The notes beneath the pieces are model-generated. The model had not been told where the DNA came from. It saw only the letters and a list, made by a program, of their open reading frames with translations, and made no database searches. From assembly GCA_964016885.1 (NCBI GenBank), contig OZ024743.1, positions 115,568,001-115,632,000 on the forward strand: a stretch of 64,000 nt of DNA. Direction: 5' to 3'. This document shows positions 25,230 through 37,409 of this stretch, in pieces (position 1 is the stretch's first letter; each line of letters begins with the position of its first letter). Source of the stretch: Eledone cirrhosa (taxonomy: Eukaryota). The translations under genes were made by a program, and so were the position numbers.

Positions 25230-27323
25230 TTACCGTACTTTTGGTAGAGGAGGGATGGTTTTTACATCCCTTTTCACTTGATCGTCTGGTGAAGGGACCG
25301 TTGAATCGTCCCTTCGGCTGGTCGTCGGTTCTTCTAAGAGAATGTCTGAGTATACTCTTCGATTGATGGTTCCTCCTAGGTCCCTGAAATCACCAACTGC
25401 GTTGGGGAATTTCGTTTTAATGTTTGTGTATTGTTTCTGTGCTATTTTTAGCAGTCTTATGTTAGTTGGCGTTTTGATTGGTGCTGGTATTATGTAGTCC
25501 TGTTGTGAAATGTCTGTGTGTTCAATTATGTAAGTCATTAGTTTCTTGTTGTGTGTATTTATTGCCGTGCATTTGTTTTTCTGGGGGTGGGGTGTGGTTC
25601 TGCTATTTTCTTGTCGTTGTTGCTGGGTGTGTGTGTTTTGTTGTTGTGTTTGCGATGTTGGTGCTTGTGGTGGTGGTGTTGAAGGTGTTGTTGGCGGTGG
25701 GGTTGTCGCCGGTGGTGATGGTAGTGCTAGTGTGGGTGGTGATGGTGTTGGTGTTGTTGCTGCTGTGGGTCTCTTTGCAGTAGACTTTACCCTTTTCTCA
25801 TTTCTTTCCCCCCTTTTCAAAGGCGACGATGCGCTGCTTCTGCGTTTGTGCCTTCTTGCGACCTTTTGCCATCCCTCTCCCACCTCACACTCCATGTCTG
25901 ATTCTGTGAGGTCGGGGAGGGGTACCAGCTCCACTCTTTCACTTGTTGTTGTTGGTGATGTTTGCACTGGAGTCTCTGTTGCAGCTGCATTTGGTATTGC
26001 TGTTGTTGTTGTTAATATTTCCACTGCTGCTGCTGTCTTTGATTTCCGTGGAGTGGGTATGGGTGCCACGGACCTATCGTTCCTGGTTGCCGCTTGTCCT
26101 GTTGCTGGTAGCCGTGGAGCCGGATTCGGAAGGAGGGGGGTTTTCTCCTTTCTCAGGGTCTTCTCGTTGCAGAAGGCCCTGAGGTGAGTCTTCGATCCAC
26201 AGCGAAAGCATTTCGGGCGTTTGCCCTCAACACTTATGGGCAGTTGAGTGCCGTTATCGAAGTCTATCACATCCGGGATAGCTTCGATGCACTCCTGGTT
26301 GGTTTGGATTAGCATCTCAATGGAGGAGCCGACCCAATCTTCTCTTACTTTTTTCTGTACTTGCAGTACAGTTGTTTTGTCCTCGATTCCGACGAGGACA
26401 GACGCGGCCAGCCAAGAAGGGGTCATTCCGGGGGGGACGTGGGTCAGTTTGACCCTCACAATTTTTTGCCCGCAGTAGGAGGGCACCAACACCATTTCCT
26501 CGCTCCTTAGGGTCACTACTGATTGGGCCTTTGCCTCCTGGGGTGTGGCAAAAAGTACGTCTACGGTGGCGTATTTTTTGCCTCGGGTGATGTGCGTTTT
26601 CCTCTGCCACACAGACCCCAAGGCTTTTTGTATTTGGGCCTCTGTGGCTCTTTCCACCCTACGGGATTTTGTACTTACTGTACGGTACGTGACCGTACAG
26701 TGCTCTTGGGTTTCGAAAAAATTTTTCGCTGCCTTGCAGATTGCTCGGTGTCCGTTCTTTGTCACCATCTTCTTCGCTTCCTCTAATTCCTCATTTGTTA
26801 TGAGGATTGTTTCCAAGTTTTTCGCAATACCTGCAAATGAGATTGGTTTTTCTCTGCTGTTGTTGTTGTCGTCAGAGCTGCTGGTACTTTTGTTGCTGCA
26901 GGTACTACGACTACTGCCTCCGCCGCTGTTGCTGTGGTTGTTGTTGGTGTTGCTGCTGCTAATGCTGTTGTTGTTTATGCTGCTGGTGATGCTGTTGGGG
27001 CTGCTACTGTTGTTTTCATTGTCACTGTTGCTGTTGTTATTACGGCTGCTACTGCTATTATTCCTGACGTCAGACGAATGAACTGGGTTTTCGTATTTCC
27101 CGCACACCTGTTTCGTCGCTGTCGTCGTCGTCGTGGAGAAACCTTGCACGCTTTGCACGAGACTTTTCTTTTCTTTCGTCGCTTGCGAAAGAGAAGGGAG
27201 GGAGAGAGACACATTTAAAGAAGGGAGGGAGAGAGACAATCTTCTCTCTGCTGTAGTGATGATTGAGGAAGAAGAAGACGGAATGAGTGGGAGTGACGTA
27301 TGAAATTTCTTTTTGGTAGCCAT
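25230..27323 (-). CDS. Tx1 ORF1: gag-like nucleic acid-binding protein with zinc knuckle
   Basis: First ATG at 27323 (MATKKKFH); CFRCGSKTHLRAFC knuckle; S/N- and P/T-rich linkers; directly upstream of ORF2. Confidence 0.88.
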   Translation of the reverse strand: MATKKKFHTSLPLIPSSSSSIITTAERRLSLSLPSLNVSLSLPSLSQATKEKKSLVQSVQGFSTTTTTATKQVCGKYENPVHSSDVRNNSSSSRNNNSNSDNENNSSSPNSITSSINNNSISSSNTNNNHSNSGGGSSRSTCSNKSTSSSDDNNNSREKPISFAGIAKNLETILITNEELEEAKKMVTKNGHRAICKAAKNFFETQEHCTVTYRTVSTKSRRVERATEAQIQKALGSVWQRKTHITRGKKYATVDVLFATPQEAKAQSVVTLRSEEMVLVPSYCGQKIVRVKLTHVPPGMTPSWLAASVLVGIEDKTTVLQVQKKVREDWVGSSIEMLIQTNQECIEAIPDVIDFDNGTQLPISVEGKRPKCFRCGSKTHLRAFCNEKTLRKEKTPLLPNPAPRLPATGQAATRNDRSVAPIPTPRKSKTAAAVEILTTTTAIPNAAATETPVQTSPTTTSERVELVPLPDLTESDMECEVGEGWQKVARRHKRRSSASSPLKRGERNEKRVKSTAKRPTAATTPTPSPPTLALPSPPATTPPPTTPSTPPPQAPTSQTQQQNTHTQQQRQENSRTTPHPQKNKCTAINTHNKKLMTYIIEHTDISQQDYIIPAPIKTPTNIRLLKIAQKQYTNIKTKFPNAVGDFRDLGGTINRRVYSDILLEEPTTSRRDDSTVPSPDDQVKRDVKTIPPLPKVR

Positions 27324-28018
27324 GTTTTTTTGTTTAAAATGAAATTTTGGGTACAAAACCCCAATAACTGGTTATTTAACCCCGAAGGGCCAAATAACGG
27401 ACAGAAAGACCCCTCTCACGAGGAGGAGGGTGTCTTTATCAACAATTTGGTTCAAGTTTTAAACAATTTACAATTGTTTTAACGGTTAAAAATTACTATA
27501 CCTTACAGAGCCGAGCCTCCGTCAACCATGGCATTCAATAATAATAATAATAATAAGAAGAAGAAGAAGAAGAAGAAGAAGAAATAATGTAACTAGTATA
27601 AATATTCTTCGGGGTGGTTATAATATTGTCACCTTTTCTTCATGTTTTATCACTTCTTTGAACCAACCACTCGAAAACTTATGTTCATTTACTCTTTGTT
27701 TGATGAAGTCATGAGGCGAATATTTTTCGAACGTCCTAAAAGACTATACAAATCATTGTGTTCTTCATCGTTTTATTCTGAAACATTAAATAGCATACTC
27801 TAATTTTATAGTAATTTTCTATTATTTCACTTCAAGCGAAATACTAATTTGCTACCAATATTTTCCAGAAAGACAATCTCCTTGTTTCTTTCTAAACTTT
27901 TAAATGGACCTCGTATATCAAACGCCATTAATAGAACTGCAGGTAAAAAGATTCTGTATAATTAGTTTGCATTTCTAAAGTTTTCACATTTCAGTGTGCT
28001 TTTATTGTGATTTATATA

Positions 28019-28170
<152 letters not shown>

Positions 28171-29511
28171 CATGTGTGTGTGGGGGCATGTGTGTGTGTG
28201 TGTGTGTGTACGTTCAGTATAGAAAATTACAATAAGATAGTCTATGATTGCACCGCTGCAGGAGAGTTTAGACAAATCAATGAATCATCAGCAAGCTATG
28301 TGTAAAAAAACGTGATATTTGGTTTTATGTTTTATTTTAACATAAGCATTCAGTATTGACTTTGAGGCAATTCATAACAGACACTTAGTATCAAATATAT
28401 CCGTAGCATGTAGCTCAATAACAAGATAGTTTTTATGGTTCGTGGACGGTCTCTTTTATAAACTATTGGTTGTAATCAAGGAAACATAACTACAGAAGTC
28501 CGGAATATCTTAGAGGGAGACTGTATGAAATTGGGCTGAGAGAGACAAGAATATTGATGAGTTGAAACAATGTTACGAACAATTTGAAACTGCATATATT
28601 TTCGGTTACGAATGTGGGAGACTGTCATTAACAATGAAGACCACGTTAAACATATACCGAAACTTTTTAATCCTCAAGCGATGTGGGCATATATGAAGAG
28701 TGACATACTTTTATATATTCAGAATATGAACTCTACTCATAGAAAAGTTGTAGAAGTATTAAAGAATTATAGAGAGATAATTATATATTTGCTGTTAAAA
28801 GTAATTTATCATGTAGCAATTAAGTATTTTGGTCAGTACTACACAAAAACGTCGCATACTAGATGCAGATAGCTTTTAGTTTTATCCATACTTCGACACC
28901 CTTGAAACTCGCCATACTGCATCCTAAAGCGCTTTCATATTCAAAATAAACAACAAAATCGTTTCGTCTGATATGAGAAAGAAAACGTTACGATATTATA
29001 GTTTAGTCTTGATAAGAAAATTACTACTTCAGTTCATGATATATTAATGAATTTCAGAAAAATACATTACACGTCCACACGTTAGTGAATTGAGATAAAA
29101 TGAATTGGAATATAAATAAGGTATATGAAGCATTGCGAGATATGTAATTAAACATGTATTGGGAAATCCTGTACAATGCGAATAGGAAATATAAGGGTGG
29201 AAATAGTGTATAGTAAAGATAGGATGATAAATCAAAACAGCAATCAGTCTCCGCATGATACCATGTCTATATTTATATTTGTTTGAGTATGCCACACAAA
29301 CAACGAAAACAAGAGCAAGATAATTTTTTAAAGTATTTAGAGATTATATGGTAGGATATATCATAGTTTGCAGGCGCAGAGAGTGGTGAATATAGTATTC
29401 CGCTCAAAATCGTAAGTTGGATTAATGACAGCATACTGGGTTTTTAAACATGACGCTATACTTCACGATACTTCAATCCACCTAACTGACAATCATGAGT
29501 TGTAGTTCGTT

Positions 29512-29570
<59 letters not shown>

Positions 29571-29582
29571 AGTATATATATA

Positions 29583-29635
<53 letters not shown>

Positions 29636-29788
29636 GGATACTATTTATGGTTATGTATATATTAAACTTGTTATAGTTATGTATATGTTAAACCTTAAAC
29701 AGTGAAGGTCAGTAATTTGTTACTACCTTATTACCAGTTAGATAGATCAATGTAATAACATCAGTTGTTCTACAGAGCAGTTATATAG

Positions 29789-30268
29789 AATTCACAAGAA
29801 TCAAAGCTATGTTCAAAGCATTTATTCACTTACAATTGATTCATCCAAACATTTTTCAATGTTTGCACATCTAATTGACCTCCTTTCCGACGCAAGAGAC
29901 ATACAGATACATATATATATATTGATGTACAGTAGAGTGACATATATTACATTATACTATTTTTGTACAGAAATTCAAATTCAAGATTAAAATCAAAATT
30001 AAAACAAAAATCAAAATTAAAATACATTCGGCAGATAACACAGATAATGCAGGAGGATAGTTTGATAGTGAGATCTAGTAGGTAGTGTATGCGTTAGTTA
30101 CACATGGAGCATGCAAGTGTGTCTCATTTTAATACGATTATTGTGTGGCAAGGTGTTACATGTAATGCAAGCACTTTAAGCGGGTAAGCAAGAGTATTAT
30201 GGTGGTTGTAGTGGTAGGGTATTGCCGTACAAAAATAGTATAGTGCAATATATATCACTCCACTGTAC

Positions 30269-30334
<66 letters not shown>

Positions 30335-30474
30335 CTGTATGTATCTTGCGTTGGAAAGGAGGTCAATTATATGTGCAAACATTGAAAAATGCTCCGAAGA
30401 TCCCAAGCCTAGGTTTGGATGAAACAATTGTAAGTGAATAAATGCTTTGAACATAGATTTGATTCTTGTGAATT
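29789..30474. mobile_element. Palindromic insertion with degenerate hammerhead (30391-30435, core CCGAAGA)
   Basis: 29789-29968 is inverted versus 30227-30474; gct-CCGAAGA-tcccaagcctaggtttggat-GAAA-caattg-TA-agt. Confidence 0.7.
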
Positions 30475-30534
<60 letters not shown>

Positions 30535-30628
30535 ATACATATGAATGTATATATATATGTATGTATATATATATATACATATATATACATATGAATGTAT
30601 ACATGTATGTGTGTGTGTATATATACAA

Positions 30629-30727
<99 letters not shown>

Positions 30728-31109
30728 TTATAAATATGTATATATATATATTAATCGTGTTTTCGCTCGCAAAACCGATATTTTTAATTAAAAGTAATTT
30801 CTGTTGCTAGTTTTAATATCTTGCTATTTCTACAATTATCTTAAATTACTTTTTACCGCAGTTATGCTCTAGTATTACATATACGTTGTATAAATAATTG
30901 TATCTGAATAGAATTGTGCACTTGAATATAATTCTGTTTGTTCTGAATTTATTCTTTCCTAAAATATTTGTATGTATATAAATAATTATTTGCCCGCGTG
31001 TATATATGTGTTTAATTTTTAACGTTGGAATTTGTCGCAAGTAATTACTGTATAATTGAAAGCCCGATCAGACATACTAGAAACATACATGCACAGGCAT
31101 CTATAAACA

Positions 31110-31554
<445 letters not shown>

Positions 31555-31561
<7 letters not shown>

Positions 31562-31990
31562 ATACTTGGGGAGGGTCATATTTGTGTAATATTGCCAGAA
31601 TTAATAAAGAAGACAAAATAAAATAAACAAATAAATAAATATATAAACAGACTAAATAAAATGGCGTAGAAAATACGGGAGGAAACAATAGCACCACTGA
31701 CGATGTTGCAGATGTGCAACGAAAGAACTTTGATAAACTATATATATGTGTTTGTGTCTATATTGTATCTGTATTATTTTTGACCGTTGGTCAGTCAATG
31801 GCAATATTGAGGACCGAATAAATTAGATTACCGATATAAAAGACACAGAAGCGAAAAACGAAAACCAACCAAACAGTGAGTGTGTTCTGTTATTAATTCT
31901 GGCAATATTACACAAATATGACCCTCCCCAAGTATAACAATATTTGTTTCGACACCCGATTTCATATCAGAAACCTCGCAAAACTAATAT
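31555..31990. mobile_element. Inverted-end element with hammerhead at 31693-31734
   Basis: 31555-31607 is inverted versus 31890-31942; acca-CTGACGA-t-gttgca gatg tgcaac-GAAA-gaac-TT-tgat; terminus gaccctcccca/aagtataacaata shared with 45049-45450. Confidence 0.72.
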
Positions 31991-32000
31991 ATATAATACA

Positions 32001-32543
32001 TTACTGGTACTTTATTTTATCGACCCCGTAACGATGAAAGGCAAAGTTAACCTCGGTGGGATTTGAACTGAGAATGGGAAGGGCCCTAACTCTATGCGTC
32101 AAAGCATGGTGTCGGACCCTATCTTCCGATACTGCCAATCCACCGCCATTAATAATGGTAATAGGGCGATGGATTGGCAGTATCGGTAGACGGTCGGACA
32201 CCATGCTTTCCAGCATAGTTACGTCCCTTTATGATCTGAGTTCAAATCCTGCCGAGGTTAACTTTGCCTTTCATCCTTACGGAGTCGATAAAATAAAGTA
32301 CCAGTAATGCACTGGGTATTTTGCTGGCATTGTGCCTAAAATAGAAACAATTAATAATTGTTTCTACTTTAGGCACAGGGCCAGCAATTATTCCAGTGCA
32401 TTACTAGTACTTTATTTTATCGACCCCGTAAGGATGAAAGGAAAAGTTAACCTCAGCAGGATTTGAACTCAGATCATAAAGGGACGTAACTATGCTGGAA
32501 AGCATGGCGTCTGACCCTCTACCGATACTGCCAATCCGCCGCC
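32001..32543. mobile_element. Cluster of three Nin/Deu-domain SINEs: 32001-32147 (-), 32165-32352 (+), 32357-32543 (-)
   Basis: Each has the GAGTTCAAATCC B box and TTTCATC.TTACGG.GTCGATAAAATAAAGTAC core. Confidence 0.88.
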
Positions 32544-32841
32544 AGAAACAATTAATAATGGTAATAATGATGATGGTAATAACAATAGTGATAATACCAA
32601 TGTACACAATGAATATATTTGCCCTAGGTGTCAGGAAGACACTCGGCACATATCGGAAATAATACTGACGCAAAAGGAAAACCAATAATTATAGTAATTA
32701 TACTAATAATAATAATAGGCTAATATTAATAAGTATGCTAACTATATTAGGATTAAGGACAAAAGGTGAGCTAATCGCTGTCATGCATGTGTATCCGCTT
32801 ACGGGTGTGGAGGCATGCGTTAATAAATATTAGAGTATGAA

Positions 32842-32910
<69 letters not shown>

Positions 32911-33012
32911 CATGTGTGTGTGTGCGTGTATGCGTGTGTATGTATATATATATATATATGTGTGTGTGTAAAAGGTAAACAGAAATAACAACACAATCGG
33001 TACAGTATATGG

Positions 33013-33099
<87 letters not shown>

Positions 33100-33259
33100 T
33101 TCATTGGAGATGAGAAAACTCAGCCTACGTATGCCTGTCAAAACAGCCAAATGCCCGCAATGAAAGCGTTGTGTAAAATTACGTCAGAGGACAGAAATCA
33201 GTGGCTAGAAGTTGCTAAAGAAACAACCCATGAGTTTGATGTACATACTGATAGTTGCA

Positions 33260-33860
33260 TTTCACCAAATCGAAGGCATCCGTTGGAACGCCGCGGTCCC
33301 GTTTCCAATCTGCAGTGGATGGTGCCACGGTTAGTCACGATGCTACGAAGGTAGATGAAGTGGTGGACCTCATCCAGCTCCCATTGGTTGATCGTAACTT
33401 CAGGGTCGTTCCCAACCTACATAAACTTCGTCTTTTGGGTGTTGATACGTAACCCAATCTGCTTCGCGTTCAGCTGCGGGGAGGTTGTTAGCTCCTGCAG
33501 GGTGTTACTGTTCTCACTCATCAAGTAAGATTCCGATTCTTCAGAAGTTTAACGAGGGTTCCCTGTTGCCAACAGAGGAACACTCTTCCATCCTGCCAGC
33601 AGCATTCATCTACATGGTCAGTTGTGTGATATTGTTGTCCTTACCAGACTTCAGCATATCTTCAGATATCTCATCGTGTCCACCATTCGTCTTATTCTTC
33701 GGACCATTGATTGCCTCTCTTATTTTCTTGCTCGGTAATTCAGTCCTCACATACTGCGAGAGGTATATCGACTACTGTAGTCAAGGGCAAACAGGGTTCT
33801 TGGAGCTGGTTGTTTTAGTGTCTAGCTGGAAGTGTTTTACTTATCTCTTGTCTTGATCGC
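33260..33860 (-). pseudogene. Decayed RTE-like LINE RT remnant
   Basis: Minus-strand translations IREAINGPKNKTNGGHDEISEDMLK and KTKFM..ELDEVHHFIYLRSIV resemble the RT N-terminal and FxYLGS motifs. Confidence 0.6.
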
Positions 33861-34835
33861 CTGCTGTCACCAATGTGAAGCCACTTTTGTCTTTCACTGG
33901 TATACCGCCGCAAGAATGGACACCAAAAGTCTTTGGGTGGCGAAAATGGTAGTAAGCAGAAGTGACAAGAGGAACAGCAACTAGGAGTAAAACGCGAAGA
34001 GCGGGGACGAAAGAGAAAGGACGAAAGAAGACGAAGAACTGACAATAATGCGATAGTTGATCTCAAGTTGTGGTGACTCTCAAAAATAGAAAGATAATCG
34101 TAGCTAGATAAAGTTAAATGGGTAATCATTGTCGTCTGTGATCGAGACGAAGCAAGAGCATATTTGAATTCATAGAAAATGAGCAAATTTAATGCAACAA
34201 TAGCTGTCAAAGCAGCAAAATGCTGTCAATGACAGCGTTGTGTAAAATTACCTCGGAGGATAGAGATTAGGTTGTAGTGGATGACATACACTTCCTTTGT
34301 ACATCGCCTTTCTTTATTTACTTCTCATGTCACGCGCAAACACATATCTCCTTGTGCGCCGCCTCTCTCAAGCGTTTCTATACTTTAACCGATGCGCGTA
34401 TTGTATTGATAGCCTGACCATCACAGAGTACATTGGGAATTACAAACTTGAAAAAAATGAAATCGAAGACCAAACTTGAGGACCAAATTAAATTTTATAT
34501 GTACTTTTTATTTTACTGAGATTTATTATCTGTTTCACGTTTACACTCTTATCGCGCACATTATGCCAGGTTTGAAAGAAGATATGATATGAAATAATAG
34601 TCCTATGATTAAATAAATAAAACATCATTGCGGCGAACAAAATATAGTGACTATGGGTATTAAATATATATATTAAGCTAGGTTATGGCTGTGCAATTAA
34701 CGAATAATTTTGCAACGAGGAAGATTGAACAAATGCCTCTCATTATCGGAAATCTTGATTGGAATTTGGTAGAGAAAACCTGCAGAAGCCAATCATATCT
34801 ATATATAATATATGTATATATATATATATATGTAT

Positions 34836-34941
<106 letters not shown>

Positions 34942-34942
34942 T

Positions 34943-34993
34943 AGTTTCAGAAGATCCCGTTAAGGGTGAAAGCAGCGATTCTTTGCTTAAACT
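34943..34993 (+). ncRNA. Hammerhead-like motif with variant core CAGAAGA
   Basis: agttt/aaact stem I, ccc/ggg stem II, GAAA, gca/tgc stem III, UU site. Confidence 0.55.
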
Positions 34994-35011
34994 TTAATCT
35001 GTTATTATAAT

Positions 35012-35144
<133 letters not shown>

Positions 35145-35146
35145 AA

Positions 35147-35265
<119 letters not shown>

Positions 35266-35291
35266 ATTATAATAACAGAAATCATCAGGAG

Positions 35292-35338
35292 ATTCCTGAT
35301 GATTTCGAAAGAATGAAACACTTCTAGTCCTGTAGAAT
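35292..35338 (+). ncRNA. Type I hammerhead motif
   Basis: attc-CTGATGA-tttc gaaa gaat-GAAA-ca..tg-TA-gaat; preceded by its own inverted start (gaaatcatcagga). Confidence 0.65.
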
Positions 35339-35409
35339 ATCTTCTATATTAAAACTATATATATATACACACATATATATATATATACATATATTGCATA
35401 TATATATAT

Positions 35410-35667
35410 ATGTTCATATTAAAATTTGATCCAATAACTACCATGAAATATCCCTATAGGCATTCACACTGATATGTAATTATTCCCACCCTATTGTATA
35501 TTACATCATAGTATTAACAATTTTCTAGCATTATTCTTTATACCAGATATTTAACTTTTACTTTTTTCTTTCTTCGACCATCACAGTGTTAACCCTTTAA
35601 GGAACAGTGTTTGGGATGTTATAGTTCCAAAAGTCACACATGCTAAAGTCATCTGAGCATACGCATG

Positions 35668-35672
<5 letters not shown>
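35410..35672. repeat. ~260-bp dispersed repeat with an inverted copy at 43785-44040
   Basis: For example ttccaaaagtcacacatgctaaagtcatctgagcatacg is reverse-complemented at ~43794-43830. Confidence 0.8.
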
Positions 35673-35725
<53 letters not shown>

Positions 35726-36338
35726 GGAAAAAATGAAACGAAATTTCATTTCCCACTCTTAGTACGGCTGTTACTTAAATATAAGGATACACGTACATAC
35801 ATATATGTATACAGACGTACAGTAGTATGTATATATATATATATACATACATGCACACATATACATACGTACATATATATATATGCATGTATGTATATAT
35901 ACATACTACTGTACGTATGTATACATATATGTATGTACTTGTACATACTTATATATATATAATATACTTATATATATATAATAGTGTAATTTCCTTGTCC
36001 ATTGAATTTCTTTTAAATCAAATAAATTTTGTAGATACCAAGCACTTTTTTCTTTTTCCTGATGAAACTGTCAAATTTATCCCGAACGCCCTGTATATAT
36101 ATATGTGTGTGTGTTTTCGTCTATGCAATATAAATATGTTTACATATTATATATACAATATTACTAAATTTTATATGGATACATGTTAAATTAATTTTTG
36201 AGTCCTTTCCTTCATATGATTTATAATAGAGCACTATATTAGTTTAGCATAGGACTGTGACCGTGCTGAGGCTTAACGGCGTTTTAATCGATAATAGCAC
36301 CAGTATATTTTTTCAGGAATATATATATATATATATAT

Positions 36339-37007
36339 ATATGAAAAAGAACACAAGAGCGTCTACAACATCAAAAGACTTTTATTGGCTTACAATGTTT
36401 CTTCTTTACGTAACCGGAGGATTCGTCAGAGCTATAAAAGGGGTTTGATTGGTGTTATGGACTCTATATATATATTTTTTTTATCTTTATTATTTCCACT
36501 TTTATCCTCCTTTATATTTTACCTTATTCTTACTTTTATACCTTATTATAGTGTAATCTTCCCCATGCCTTATTATACACTATTAATTATAGATTATTAT
36601 TATTACTCTTTTTCCATTTCTAATTACCTTATGTACCTTCTCCTCCGCTATATATATATATATATATATATTGTACGCCCTTTGTGTTTGTGTAGCCTCT
36701 GCGCACCCTCTGCACCATACTATCGACGCCACCCCATCTATGGTTCAGCTAACCACCCGACTCCCGGGAATGAATATCACCGCAACTAGTAAACAAGGAA
36801 GCACCAAAATTAGACTTATCGTCCCCTACTTTTGCTCTTTACTCTCTTTACTCTTTGTTCTTGAATGTTTGGTTGGTAGAGTCCATAACACCAATCAAAC
36901 CCCTTTTATAGCTCTGACGAAACCTACGGTTACGTAAGGAATAAACATTGTAAGCCAATAAAAATCTGTTGATGTTGTAGACGCTCTTGTGTTCTTTTTC
37001 ATATATA
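36339..37007. mobile_element. Palindromic element with hammerheads in both arms (36388-36432 -, 36911-36955 +)
   Basis: 36339-36466 is inverted versus 36877-37007; gct-CTGACGA-stem II-GAAA/TAAA-cattg-TA-agc. Confidence 0.78.
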
Positions 37008-37409
37008 CGGCTCTGCTCCAAAGCATAGAGCTAATTATTATGCTGCCAATACCTTAATGGGACACGGGTATACAATACCTAACTCCTATTAACCTAGGTA
37101 AATATATATATATATATTCAAATAGTAATGGACCATTTTCTTGATTTATTCTTAAATTGAGTCTAGCAAACCCTATTGTCTGTAGTTAGTATTCTTTTCA
37201 CCTTAGCGAATCTGGTCCATTATGAGTTCAACACATATGTAATATGTCTGTGTTCGTTTTCCTTTTTTATTCAGTTATATTATATTGCTCTGAAAAACCA
37301 CTTTCCTAGAGTTAATTTATTGTAAAGAGACTATTTTAAGTTTCTAACTCAATACATGCCTTTGATATATATCCATATCGAGCCCTCTTCAGATTTTAGA
37401 CTTCACATT

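Larger units (their letters stand above)
21512..27536 (-). mobile_element. Apparently full-length Tx1/L1-clade LINE inserted in an (AAT)n tract
   Basis: Two intact ORFs, AATAAA just before the (ATT)n 3' junction, (AAT)n on both flanks. Confidence 0.9.

Noticed and set aside
22102-27218. Plus-strand ORFs opposite the Tx1 element
   Set aside because: Antisense shadows of GC-rich coding sequence with no recognisable motifs.
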